Below, in pieces: positions 18,738 through 26,918 of a DNA stretch of 59,058 bases. A program made the position numbers and the translations under genes. Source of the stretch: Chloroflexota bacterium (GTDB lineage Bacteria > Chloroflexota > Dehalococcoidia > UBA2979); the NCBI GenBank assembly GCA_003670735.1, contig QWQU01000002.1, positions 1 to 59,058 on the forward strand, written 5' to 3'. Positions within the stretch are counted from its first letter, which is position 1, and each line of letters opens with the position of its first letter. The notes beneath the pieces are model-generated. The model saw only the letters and a list, made by a program, of their open reading frames with translations. It was not told the DNA's origin and did no database searches.

Positions 18738-19748
18738 ATGACCAACGAGGACAGCAGCACCCCGCGCATCGAGCGTGCCGCGCTCGGCATGCTCGCGATG
18801 TGGATGAGCGAGCGCTACTTCCGCACTTTCCGCGTCACCGACGACGCGGAGCGCGGCCCCTTCGACGCCATCCTCAACCAGCGTGATCTCCAGGTCGGCA
18901 TCACCATTGGCCTCCTCTGGGAGGAAGCCACCGGCAACGATCCCTCAGGGCTCGAGGGCGTCGAGGCACTCGAGACCTCCGTCAGCGCCGACCTCGAGGC
19001 CGCCAACGATCGCGGCAGCTACGCACTGTGGCTGCCGCCGCGCGCTGGCGTGCCCGCGCAAGAGCCCGGTGCCTCCGACTTCCGCGTGCTCGTGCAACGA
19101 GGTGTGACTGGCCTCGGCCCCGGCGAGCGCCGCGAGGTACGCATCCCCGCACTGCTGCGCATCGCGAAGGTGGATGCCGGCGGCGCCTACTTCTCCGTCG
19201 TCGGGGGCATGTCGCAGGTCTGGACCGATCTCTCCGAAGGCGCACCCGGCGCGTTCCACCTCGACAGCAAGGACATCCACCGCCTGCCCGAGGAGCGCCC
19301 CGAGATCGACATCCTCGTCTCGCAGGTGCGCGACCGCGCCGCATTGCTCGAGGTGGGCGAGATGACCGCCGTCGACTCGCACGACTACTGGCTCGTCTCG
19401 CGCATGGGTGGCGAGCCGCGCGGCCTCACCGTCTTCGGTGCGCCGATCAGCTTCGACAGCGCCGATGCCGCCGCCGTCCGCCGTCTACTCCGAGCACACG
19501 TCGGGCGCGCCGAGGAGCAGCGTTACAACGGCACCTGCGACCTCACCGCGCTCGTGCTCGTCGGCTCCTACGCACACATCGAGGATGAGCGCGTCACTGC
19601 CGGCCTGCGCGGCATGAACCCTGCGCTCTACAGCGGCATCGACCTGATCGTGCTGGTGGCGGATGGCCAGGTACGGCAGGTGTTGCAGCCGCGATCGCTG
19701 CCGTGGGACGCCGGCGCTGCGCCGCCCCCACCGACCCCCATCTCGTAA
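18738..19748 (+). CDS. hypothetical protein (336 aa), no domain recognised
   Basis: A long ORF with GC3-rich codon usage like its neighbours. No TM segment or signal peptide is evident, and I can name no family. Confidence 0.5.
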   Translation: MTNEDSSTPRIERAALGMLAMWMSERYFRTFRVTDDAERGPFDAILNQRDLQVGITIGLLWEEATGNDPSGLEGVEALETSVSADLEAANDRGSYALWLPPRAGVPAQEPGASDFRVLVQRGVTGLGPGERREVRIPALLRIAKVDAGGAYFSVVGGMSQVWTDLSEGAPGAFHLDSKDIHRLPEERPEIDILVSQVRDRAALLEVGEMTAVDSHDYWLVSRMGGEPRGLTVFGAPISFDSADAAAVRRLLRAHVGRAEEQRYNGTCDLTALVLVGSYAHIEDERVTAGLRGMNPALYSGIDLIVLVADGQVRQVLQPRSLPWDAGAAPPPPTPIS

Positions 19749-19777
19749 GGATCGAGATCGCTCGCCCAGACTCGAAC

Positions 19778-20428
19778 TCAGTCGCGAGGCTTGCGCACGA
19801 CCCACGTCTGCGCCAGGTGGTCGTGCCACGTCCGCCGCTCGCGGTCGAACAGCGCCCACAAGAACCCGAGGAATACCGGCAGCTCGCTCGCCAGGGTGAA
19901 CGCCGCACGAGTGAGCCCGCGTCGGATCCCCGGCGCCTTGCCCTCGGCATCCACGACGCGCAGCCCGAACAGCCACTTGCCGGGACTCCAGCCAACAACG
20001 CACCACGGCCAGCGCACCAGCACTTCGACGACATAGAGGATCGGCACATACGGCTGCATCGCGCGCTGCGTCTCCGCGAACACCGTCGCGATGTCCGCGT
20101 TGGGGTCGACGTTCACCGCGACCCCGAGCAGCGTCGCCACGAAGCCGAACACCATCGAGAGCACGAACTCATCGACCAGGAACGCCCCCACCCGCAGGTG
20201 CCACGGCGCAACGGTCAGTCCGAGGTCGGTCAGTGGGTTCGTCGGCCCCTCAGCCGCCAGCATTGTCGGCGGCGGGGTTCGCATTGGCGGCGCACCCAAT
20301 GCGCCATCACCGAGCCACGACGGCCCGGAATATCCGAGTGGGGGCCGCACACGAGGCGCGGGCACAACAGGTGCGCTAGGTGCGTGCAATTCGCCGGCGT
20401 CACTCGTCACGCGTGCTCCGCAATCCAC
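19778..20428 (-). CDS. RDD-family membrane protein
   Basis: The N-terminus is Pro-rich. It is followed by ..HLRVGAFLVDEFVLSMVF.. and a C-terminal ..DRERRTWHDHLAQTWVV.., typical of RDD domains. The start is uncertain because 20428 overlaps the upstream gene by 22 nt. Internal Met residues lie at MRTPPPTM and MLAAEG. Confidence 0.6.
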   Translation of the reverse strand: MDCGARVTSDAGELHAPSAPVVPAPRVRPPLGYSGPSWLGDGALGAPPMRTPPPTMLAAEGPTNPLTDLGLTVAPWHLRVGAFLVDEFVLSMVFGFVATLLGVAVNVDPNADIATVFAETQRAMQPYVPILYVVEVLVRWPWCVVGWSPGKWLFGLRVVDAEGKAPGIRRGLTRAAFTLASELPVFLGFLWALFDRERRTWHDHLAQTWVVRKPRD

Positions 20429-21144
20429 TCGGCAAGCCGCACCACGCGGCCCGTCTCGCTCACCGGCGACGCGAGCAACTCGACAGCGAGTCGCCCGAGT
20501 GCGCCCGCGCTCGCATCGTCGAGCGCTGCAACGAGCGTGCCGCCGACTTCGTCATTCGTCCACTCAGCCCGCCCCACGATCACCACATCGAGGCCAATCC
20601 CACGCGGCTGAAGCTCCTCTGCCAGTGAAGTGCCAAGGCTGATCGCCGCCGCGTGCGCCGCCGCATAGGCCGCCGCACCCGGCAACGATCGCTCGCCCGC
20701 TTCGTGTGTCACGAGCAGCACCCGGCCACCCTCGCCACGCCGGAACTCGTCCGCCGCCGCCCGCACCGCGAACAGATGCGCGTAGCAGTTGGAGACCATC
20801 ACCGCCGCGAGGTCAGAGTCCGTCGTCGCGCCGAGTAGCGACGCATGAAAGCGGTCGGGCGCGCTCACGAGTAGATCGAGGCCGCCCAGCTCCTTCGTGA
20901 CCTGTCGCGTCGAGACCTTCACGTTCTGCCCGAGCGTCACATCGAACGCGTACACCGCCGCGGTGCCGCCAGCAGCCTGCCGCTCGCGCGCGATCCGTCG
21001 AGCAGTGAGCACGCCCTCGTCCGCACGCATCGTCGCGAGGCCGAGCGCAGCACCCTCGGCGCCAATCGCTCGCGCGATCGCCGCGCCCGCAGGCGTCTCG
21101 CACCCGATCACGAGTGCGCGCTTGTCGTTGAATTGGTCAGTCAT
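20407..21144 (-). CDS. atypical SDR-like protein (degenerate cofactor and catalytic motifs)
   Basis: I place the start at ATG 21144 (MTDQFNDKRALVIGCETPAGAAIARAIGAEGAAL..). The Rossmann layout is retained, but the TGxxxGxG motif is degraded. The Y-x3-K motif reads YAAAH, so Lys is replaced by His. Confidence 0.55.
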   Translation of the reverse strand: MTDQFNDKRALVIGCETPAGAAIARAIGAEGAALGLATMRADEGVLTARRIARERQAAGGTAAVYAFDVTLGQNVKVSTRQVTKELGGLDLLVSAPDRFHASLLGATTDSDLAAVMVSNCYAHLFAVRAAADEFRRGEGGRVLLVTHEAGERSLPGAAAYAAAHAAAISLGTSLAEELQPRGIGLDVVIVGRAEWTNDEVGGTLVAALDDASAGALGRLAVELLASPVSETGRVVRLAEWIAEHA

Positions 21145-21157
21145 GACGTGCGACTCG

Positions 21158-22054
21158 CTATGCGAGCGCGAGCACCGTCGCCGCGAACAGCGCGACCTGC
21201 ACCGCGACCGCCGCCGCCAGCAGCAGCGTCCCCGCCATGCGGTCCCACGCGTGCAGCACGACACCGAGGATCAAATTCACCACCAGCAAGATCGTCGCCG
21301 CACGTGGCAGCTCGAGGATCGCGTCGCGCCCCGTCACCGTCACCACGTTCGACTGCGTGCTCGGCGGCCAATTCAGCGTCAGCGCCTGCGGCAGCGACCC
21401 GTAACGGATCGCCACGTGAATCCACACGATCGCCAGCCCGATGATCGCCGCAGCCACGAGCACCGTCGCAACTCGGTCGGCGATCAGCGTCTGCAGCAGT
21501 CGCCCTGACCGCTCAACGCGATGCCCCACCGGCGCGGTCGCACCCAGATCCTGACGAACCTGCACTTCCTGCGCGAACGCGGAGGGATCCTCGACGCTGA
21601 TCGCGTAGTTGCGTTCGCTCGTCATCACGTACAGCACGTGGTCCGCCGTCTGATGTGTCGAGTAGAACAGCACATCACCGATCCGCTCGACCTCGGCGCT
21701 GCCGACGTGGTGGCCCCACCACGACACGCCGTGCACACGCGGCACACCCACCGCCGAGCCGGGCACGAGTCGTTCGATGCTGTGCAGCGGCACGACCTGC
21801 CGAATCGGTCCCCAGGCAATCACCAGCCCGTTGCGGTCGAGCGCATACGACATCGTCGCGAGCGAGTACGTCCAGAACACGAACAGCACCGCCAGCGCGG
21901 TCGCCGCCACCGCCGCGGCATACGAGGCGAATGCGAGCGCCACGTTGTGCGTCCCGGAACCCGCGCTGAACAGCAGGAACGCCACGCCTCCCGCCCACAG
22001 CGAGAGCACGGTCCCGACAATCAGTCCAAGCACGCGGGGCGGCTGGTAGTACAC
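21158..22054 (-). CDS. integral membrane protein with central soluble (possibly bacterial-PH-like) domain
   Basis: 298 aa. It has two N-terminal TMs, a soluble stretch of about 110 aa (..YALDRNGLVIAWGPIRQVVPLHSIERL..), then 3-4 more TMs. The PH-like call is tentative. Confidence 0.5.
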   Translation of the reverse strand: MYYQPPRVLGLIVGTVLSLWAGGVAFLLFSAGSGTHNVALAFASYAAAVAATALAVLFVFWTYSLATMSYALDRNGLVIAWGPIRQVVPLHSIERLVPGSAVGVPRVHGVSWWGHHVGSAEVERIGDVLFYSTHQTADHVLYVMTSERNYAISVEDPSAFAQEVQVRQDLGATAPVGHRVERSGRLLQTLIADRVATVLVAAAIIGLAIVWIHVAIRYGSLPQALTLNWPPSTQSNVVTVTGRDAILELPRAATILLVVNLILGVVLHAWDRMAGTLLLAAAVAVQVALFAATVLALA

Positions 22055-22167
22055 GTAATCCCCTCGAAGTCACGAGGTCTGAGAAACGCCGTTGCGGAGG
22101 GAGCGCCGCGCTTCAATTGTCCCTCGCCACGCCCCTCGCGGCGAGCGCGGCTCACGCGCCACGAATA

Positions 22168-22199
22168 ACAAGAACGGGGCCTCGCGGCCCCGTTCTTGT
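22168..22199 (-). terminator. strong hairpin downstream of ilvE (14-bp perfect stem)
   Basis: acaagaacggggcc-tcgc-ggccccgttcttgt. On the minus strand it is followed by TATTCGTG, a weak U-tract. It lies about 90 nt after the ilvE stop. A second small hairpin plus TCTTCGCCCAGC sits at 22255..22287. Confidence 0.5.
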
Positions 22200-22286
22200 G
22201 AGATCCAAGTATCGAGTCAGCAGCGCGGCCAGGGGCACAACCCCGTACGCGCCCGCAACACGCTGGGCGAAGACCGCCCATGGCGG

Positions 22287-23222
22287 TTAGGCGCGGACAG
22301 CCGCGTCCTTGTAGACCGGCGTCAGCCACTCGCCGAAGCGCGGGACGCGACCCGTGATCGCGTCGAAATACGTCCGCTGCAGCTGCTGTGTGATCGGGCC
22401 CGGCTTGCCGTCCCCGACCGGCACACGGTCGACCGAGAGTACCGGCGTCACGTGGGCAGCAGTGCCCGTCATGAACAGCTCCTCGGCGATGTACAGCTCG
22501 GTGCGGTCGATCGTCCGCGCCTCGTACTCGTAGCCGAGCTCCTTCGCCACCGAGAGCACTGTCTCGAGGGTGATCCCCTCAAGCACGTTCTCCGCCGGCG
22601 GCGGCGTGATCAGCTTGCCACGACGAATCATCACGATGTTCTCGCCGGAGCCCTCGGAGACATGACCGTCCTGGTTGAGCAGGATCGCCTCGTCGAAACC
22701 GTTGAGCTGCGCCTCGGTCTTGGCCAGCGAGTTGTTCACGTACAACCCGGTCACCTTGGCTCGCGCCGGGATCATGTTGTCGTCCACACGACGCCACGAC
22801 GACACACACGCCGTGATACCGGCGTCCGAGTCGATGTAAGCGCCCAGCGGGATCTCATAGAAGAGCAGGTCGTCCTTCACGTTGTGCACGCGAGGCCCTA
22901 TCACGCTCTCCGACTTGTAGACGATCGGACGCAGGTACACGTCCTCGTGGTAATCGTTGCGGGTCGCGAGACCGGTCGCAATCTCCATGATCTCGTCGTC
23001 CGAGTACGCAATTTCCATGCGCAGGATCTTCGCGTTCTGGCGGAGACGACGGACGTGGTCGCGCAGCCGGAAGAGGTACAGCTCTCCCTGATCGCCGTTC
23101 CAGTTGCCGCGAATGCCCTCGAATACCGCCGTGCCGTAATTGAAGGCGTGGGTGGTAACCGGAATCTTGGCCTCTTCGAGCGGGACAAACTTGCCCTGGA
23201 AGAAGGCTGTCGGCGTGGGCAT
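22287..23222 (-). CDS. ilvE: branched-chain amino acid aminotransferase
   Basis: 311 aa. ..FQGKFVPLEEAKIPVTTHAFNYGTAVFEGIRGN.. and ..VTGLYVNNSLAKTEA.. and ..EGSGENIVMIRRGKLITPP.. give a class IV aminotransferase pattern. Confidence 0.9.
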   Translation of the reverse strand: MPTPTAFFQGKFVPLEEAKIPVTTHAFNYGTAVFEGIRGNWNGDQGELYLFRLRDHVRRLRQNAKILRMEIAYSDDEIMEIATGLATRNDYHEDVYLRPIVYKSESVIGPRVHNVKDDLLFYEIPLGAYIDSDAGITACVSSWRRVDDNMIPARAKVTGLYVNNSLAKTEAQLNGFDEAILLNQDGHVSEGSGENIVMIRRGKLITPPPAENVLEGITLETVLSVAKELGYEYEARTIDRTELYIAEELFMTGTAAHVTPVLSVDRVPVGDGKPGPITQQLQRTYFDAITGRVPRFGEWLTPVYKDAAVRA

Positions 23223-23504
23223 AGACCAGGCTCCTTAAGCCCCCGATGACGCTATGGGTTGCGGGGGTTCAGGCAGGATATGGTGCGCCCCAACGGCCCG
23301 GCAACCCGACAGCAACGTTCGAGCCACCCCGCGTGAGGCACCACACCAGGCGCCCGCACCAACCGCGCCACAGTGGCGCGTCCACCTACCGCCCCTCGAG
23401 GCAGCCCCGCACGCCGACGACCAACCGGCATGCGCCCGCCCCGCCTGTCCCTCTCAGCACCACTCGCCGACCAAAGCCGCCCGAGCAGCTCACCAATGTC
23501 CTTG

Positions 23505-23800
23505 GACACTCCCCCGCCGGCGAAAGCGAAGCCCTCCCACGACCGCAGCGCGAATCCGCTCCGAGCGGAGGCGAAGCCCACTCAAAACTGCCGGCAGGCG
23601 ACGTTCCGAGCGACAAGGCGAACCACTTCCGAGCGGAACAGAGCCTTCCGAACGTCTGGCGAAGCCTGCCTCGCCCGCCGAAAGTCAGAACCGAGCAGAG
23701 TGAAGCCTTCCGAGCCGGTGATGCCGGGTCGAGCACGAGGCGAAGCCACTACCGAGCGGAGCAAGGCCGCCGGAGTGACGGGCTTCGCCCGTCGAGAGCA
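23505..23800 (+). repeat. degenerate tandem units CCGAGCGGA-N-GGCGAAGCC (at least 7) in an ORF-free region
   Basis: Units start near 23561, 23606, 23629, 23648, 23691, 23710 and 23753. Each carries a GGC-GAA-GCC type mini-hairpin or a variant of it. No convincing coding frame exists on either strand. Confidence 0.5.
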
Positions 23801-24000
23801 GGAGCGCGAGGGCGCAGCCCTCGCACAAGGGCGGGCGGGTGGGCGAAACACTGTCCGGGCGCGACAAGCGGCGCAGCCGCCCGCGCCCCGGCCTCGGCAA
23901 CGCCGAGCCGTCCGGCAGCGACCACCGCACACCAAGACAAGCTCACGAACCGACAAGACCGAGACAAATCGCAGGGCGAAAGAGGCGAAGCCTCGCCTCT
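23801..24000 (+). repeat. structured intergenic repeat, copy A
   Basis: GGAGC-GCGAGGGC-gca-GCCCTCGC-ACAAGGGCGGGCGGGTGGGCGAAACACTGT-H2-H3-CCGTCCGGCAGCGACCAC-spacer-GAGGCGAAGCCTC. It aligns with the copies at 33467, 36849 and 40778. Confidence 0.7.
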
Positions 24001-24661
24001 AGCCCTCGATGTTCCGCAGCAGCGTCGCCAGCTCGTCGTGCTCGGCGAGATAGGCGAGGTCACCCGGGGTGCGGCTATCGTCCGCCCGCGCGTTCGGGTC
24101 CGCACCTCGGTCGAGGAGGATCTGCACGATCTCCTCGTTCCCCATCACCGCCGCCAGGTGCAGCGGCGTATAGCCGTGCGACTCCACTGCGCCGATGTTG
24201 GCCCCGCGGTCGAGCAGCAACGTGACCGTCGAGGCATGCCGGCCACCGACCGCCGCATGCAGCGCGTCATGCTCGGCGTCGTTCCGAGAGATCGCCTCGA
24301 GATCAGCCCCGCGCTCGATCAGCAGCGCGCACGCCTCGGAGCGCCCGAACCAGGCCGAGCGGTGCAGCAGCGTGTAGCCATCGAGTGCAAACGAGGTGGC
24401 GAGCTGCGGCCGAGCATCGAGATACCAGCGCAGCGCCTCGACCTCGCCGAGCGCCGCCGCCTCGTCGGCCGTCGGCCGCGGGTGCAGGTCCAGCAAGATG
24501 TTCAGCGGGAAGTTTCGAGCTCGGTACATCGCCGTGAGAATCGGAGAATCGGCATCGCCGTCCACCCCGACGACCAGCGACGGATCACCAGCCAGGACGT
24601 CGCGGACAAAGTCCTCGTCGTCCTGCATGATCGCTTCGCGGAGTTCCTCAAGCGTGGCCAT
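23999..24661 (-). CDS. ankyrin-repeat protein
   Basis: 220 aa with several ANK units (..GYTPLHLAAVMGNEEIVQILLDRGADPNARADDSRTPGDLA..). Confidence 0.85.
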   Translation of the reverse strand: MATLEELREAIMQDDEDFVRDVLAGDPSLVVGVDGDADSPILTAMYRARNFPLNILLDLHPRPTADEAAALGEVEALRWYLDARPQLATSFALDGYTLLHRSAWFGRSEACALLIERGADLEAISRNDAEHDALHAAVGGRHASTVTLLLDRGANIGAVESHGYTPLHLAAVMGNEEIVQILLDRGADPNARADDSRTPGDLAYLAEHDELATLLRNIEG

Positions 24662-24697
24662 GCCGCGATGCTACCCGCGCGATAGGCGAGGGGCCAA

Positions 24698-25498
24698 TCA
24701 GGCCGCGACCGCGATCGCCCCCATGAACCAGTTGATCTGGTTCTCGAACCCCTCGACCCCGCCCAGCGCGCGCACGATCTCACTGTCCTCGCCGTTGGGA
24801 TCGAAGGTCACCGCCTCGGGCGTCTCGAGACCATCCCCGATCCCGAGCGACCACGACAACCGCCGGCTGTTCCAGATCAGCCAGGACAGCGTCCCCAGCG
24901 CCCCGTAGTGGTGGTCACTGATCGCCTCGACCAGGTCATCGCCAAGCCCCCACGCCTGCGCAACCTCGGCTCCGACCACCGTGTGCGTCGTCCCGAAGAT
25001 CTGCTCCTCAGCCGCGCACGCATCCATACCCGATCGCACGAGCTGGACGACCTCCGCGTACTGCCCGGGAAAGGAGTGCGCCATCGCGATTCGCCCAATG
25101 TCATGCATCAGCCCGGCCGTGAAGCCCACCGTGCGGTGGTCGCCGCCGAACGCCGTCGTGTCCGCAAGCAGCGCGCACGCGATCAGGTGTCGCCAGAACT
25201 CGTCCATATCGATACCCACACGTCGCAGTTGCGAGGAGTTCCCGCTCACAATCGCACCCGCGATGATCCGCTTCGTGCGCTCCATCCCGATCCGGATCAG
25301 CGCCCGCTCCGCGACATCGATCCGCGCGATCGGCGACGAAGACGCCGAGTTCGCCGCGCGCAGAATCGCCCCCGTCAGCGCCGGATCGACCTCGATCACC
25401 GACGCCAGATCCTTGAACGTCGCATCCGCGCGAATCACGAGCCCAAATGCGCGCGCCTGTGTCCCAGGCAGCGGCGGCAGATCGAATACCTGTCCCAT
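24698..25498 (-). CDS. HDOD-domain signalling protein
   Basis: I place the start at ATG 25498 (MGQVFDLPPLPGTQARAFGLVIRADATFKDLASVIEVDPALTGAILRAANSA..), preceded by GGGAG 6 nt upstream. The track start at 25564 is TTG. An HD-like ..GLMHDIGRIAM.. is present. Confidence 0.8.
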   Translation of the reverse strand: MGQVFDLPPLPGTQARAFGLVIRADATFKDLASVIEVDPALTGAILRAANSASSSPIARIDVAERALIRIGMERTKRIIAGAIVSGNSSQLRRVGIDMDEFWRHLIACALLADTTAFGGDHRTVGFTAGLMHDIGRIAMAHSFPGQYAEVVQLVRSGMDACAAEEQIFGTTHTVVGAEVAQAWGLGDDLVEAISDHHYGALGTLSWLIWNSRRLSWSLGIGDGLETPEAVTFDPNGEDSEIVRALGGVEGFENQINWFMGAIAVAA

Positions 25499-25579
25499 GG
25501 CGAGCTCCCGCCCACGTTCGTACCCATCGAGGCGGCTCCCCAGATCATCGTCAGCCCCCCGCAAGCTCCGTAGGCCGAC

Positions 25580-26851
25580 TTATCCACGTCGCAGCTCCCG
25601 CATCACGAACGACCAGAGCAGCACGTTGGCGAGCAGCATCACGCCGGCCTGCACGACCGCGATCTCATGCACGCTCCCGTGCCATGCGCCAAGCACGATC
25701 GCCTGCACCACCGCCGCCACGACGAGCGGCACCGTCACTCGCCACCGTCCCAGCGCCACGAGGTATGACATCGCGAGATGGCTGAGCGCGTAGAGCAGCA
25801 TCGCCACACCGAAGATCCACAAGTCCGGGGCCAGTACTGCGAACGACCGCCCATAGGTCAGCGTGATCACCGTCGTCGGCGCGACCACGTACACAGCCAC
25901 GAGCCCGCCCGCGAGCACGACCGTGAATCCCAACGCTTCGAGCAGGTACCGCACCTTTGCCGGCACGCTCGTCGCGCCAGCGACCAGCGGCAACAGCGCC
26001 GTCCCTGCCGACGAGCCAATGAAGTACACAGCGCGTCCGAGAATCGACCCGGCACCGTAGATGCCGGCGTCCTGCTCCGCGAGCGTCGCTCGCGCCACGA
26101 GCACGTCCACGTTGTACAGCGCGATCGAGGCGGTCACGGCCACGGCGTACGGCCCCATCGATCGGGCGAGTCGTCCGAGGCGCAGTGCACCTCGCTGCCC
26201 ACGCGCATCGCTGACTCGCTCGCGCCCGAACCATCCCGTGACGAGTGCGGTCAGTGCCGTGGCAATCAGGAAGCCACCCGGCACCGCGCCGACGGTGAAC
26301 CCCACACCAAGCAGTGCGACCAGCGAGAGCATCCGCAGCGTCGGATCGCCCACCAACGTCAGCGCGAGCAGCGCGAACCGACCGCGCCCCTGTAGCACAC
26401 CGCGCAGCGTGCCGAGCACGATCCCCACGGCGCCCGCTGCACCAACCGCGACCAGTGGCCCGAGTGCATCGAGGTGCAGTGCGCCTGCGATCGGCGCGCT
26501 GACCGCGACCATCGCCGCGAACACGATTGCAGCGAGCACGAACGACGCTCGCAACAGGACACGCGCTTCCTCGCTCGCATCGCGCGTGTCGTCGATCAAC
26601 GCTGCCGCGACGTCGCGCGCAGTCATGGTTTGCATCGTCTGCGCAGCAACTGACAGGAATGTCAGTACGGAGACGAGGGCAAGCGCGCTGCCATACAGCG
26701 CAGGACCCAACGCGCGTCCCGCGAGCACATTAAAGAGGTATGCGCCCACGCTCGCGGCGAGCGACCCGATCAGCAGGCTCATGCTGCCTCGCAGCAACCT
26801 CGATGCAGGCAGTCGCTCGACGATCGATACGCGCAAAGTTGCTCCCGCCAA
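25580..26851 (-). CDS. oligosaccharide/polysaccharide flippase (Wzx/MOP superfamily)
   Basis: 423 aa with about 12 TMs and the typical polysaccharide-biosynthesis-protein architecture. It heads a glycan gene cluster. Confidence 0.7.
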   Translation of the reverse strand: MAGATLRVSIVERLPASRLLRGSMSLLIGSLAASVGAYLFNVLAGRALGPALYGSALALVSVLTFLSVAAQTMQTMTARDVAAALIDDTRDASEEARVLLRASFVLAAIVFAAMVAVSAPIAGALHLDALGPLVAVGAAGAVGIVLGTLRGVLQGRGRFALLALTLVGDPTLRMLSLVALLGVGFTVGAVPGGFLIATALTALVTGWFGRERVSDARGQRGALRLGRLARSMGPYAVAVTASIALYNVDVLVARATLAEQDAGIYGAGSILGRAVYFIGSSAGTALLPLVAGATSVPAKVRYLLEALGFTVVLAGGLVAVYVVAPTTVITLTYGRSFAVLAPDLWIFGVAMLLYALSHLAMSYLVALGRWRVTVPLVVAAVVQAIVLGAWHGSVHEIAVVQAGVMLLANVLLWSFVMRELRRG

Positions 26852-26918
26852 ACGCCGCAGGCACCGAACTCTCGTGTAGCATGCCGCCTCGCGCGCTCAG
26901 GTGGGGACGAGTAGCCCA

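Noticed and set aside
23505-23800. Possible CRISPR array, given many short repeated units
   Set aside because: The unit spacing is irregular (19-45 bp) and the repeats are degenerate and only about 9-20 bp long. There are no uniform spacers and no cas genes in the window.
23246-24685. 479-aa plus-strand ORF spanning the repeat region and the ankyrin gene
   Set aside because: Its first half reads through tandem repeats and repeat copy A, and its second half is antisense to a clear ankyrin-repeat protein. The composition is the Arg/Pro-rich pattern typical of spurious frames.
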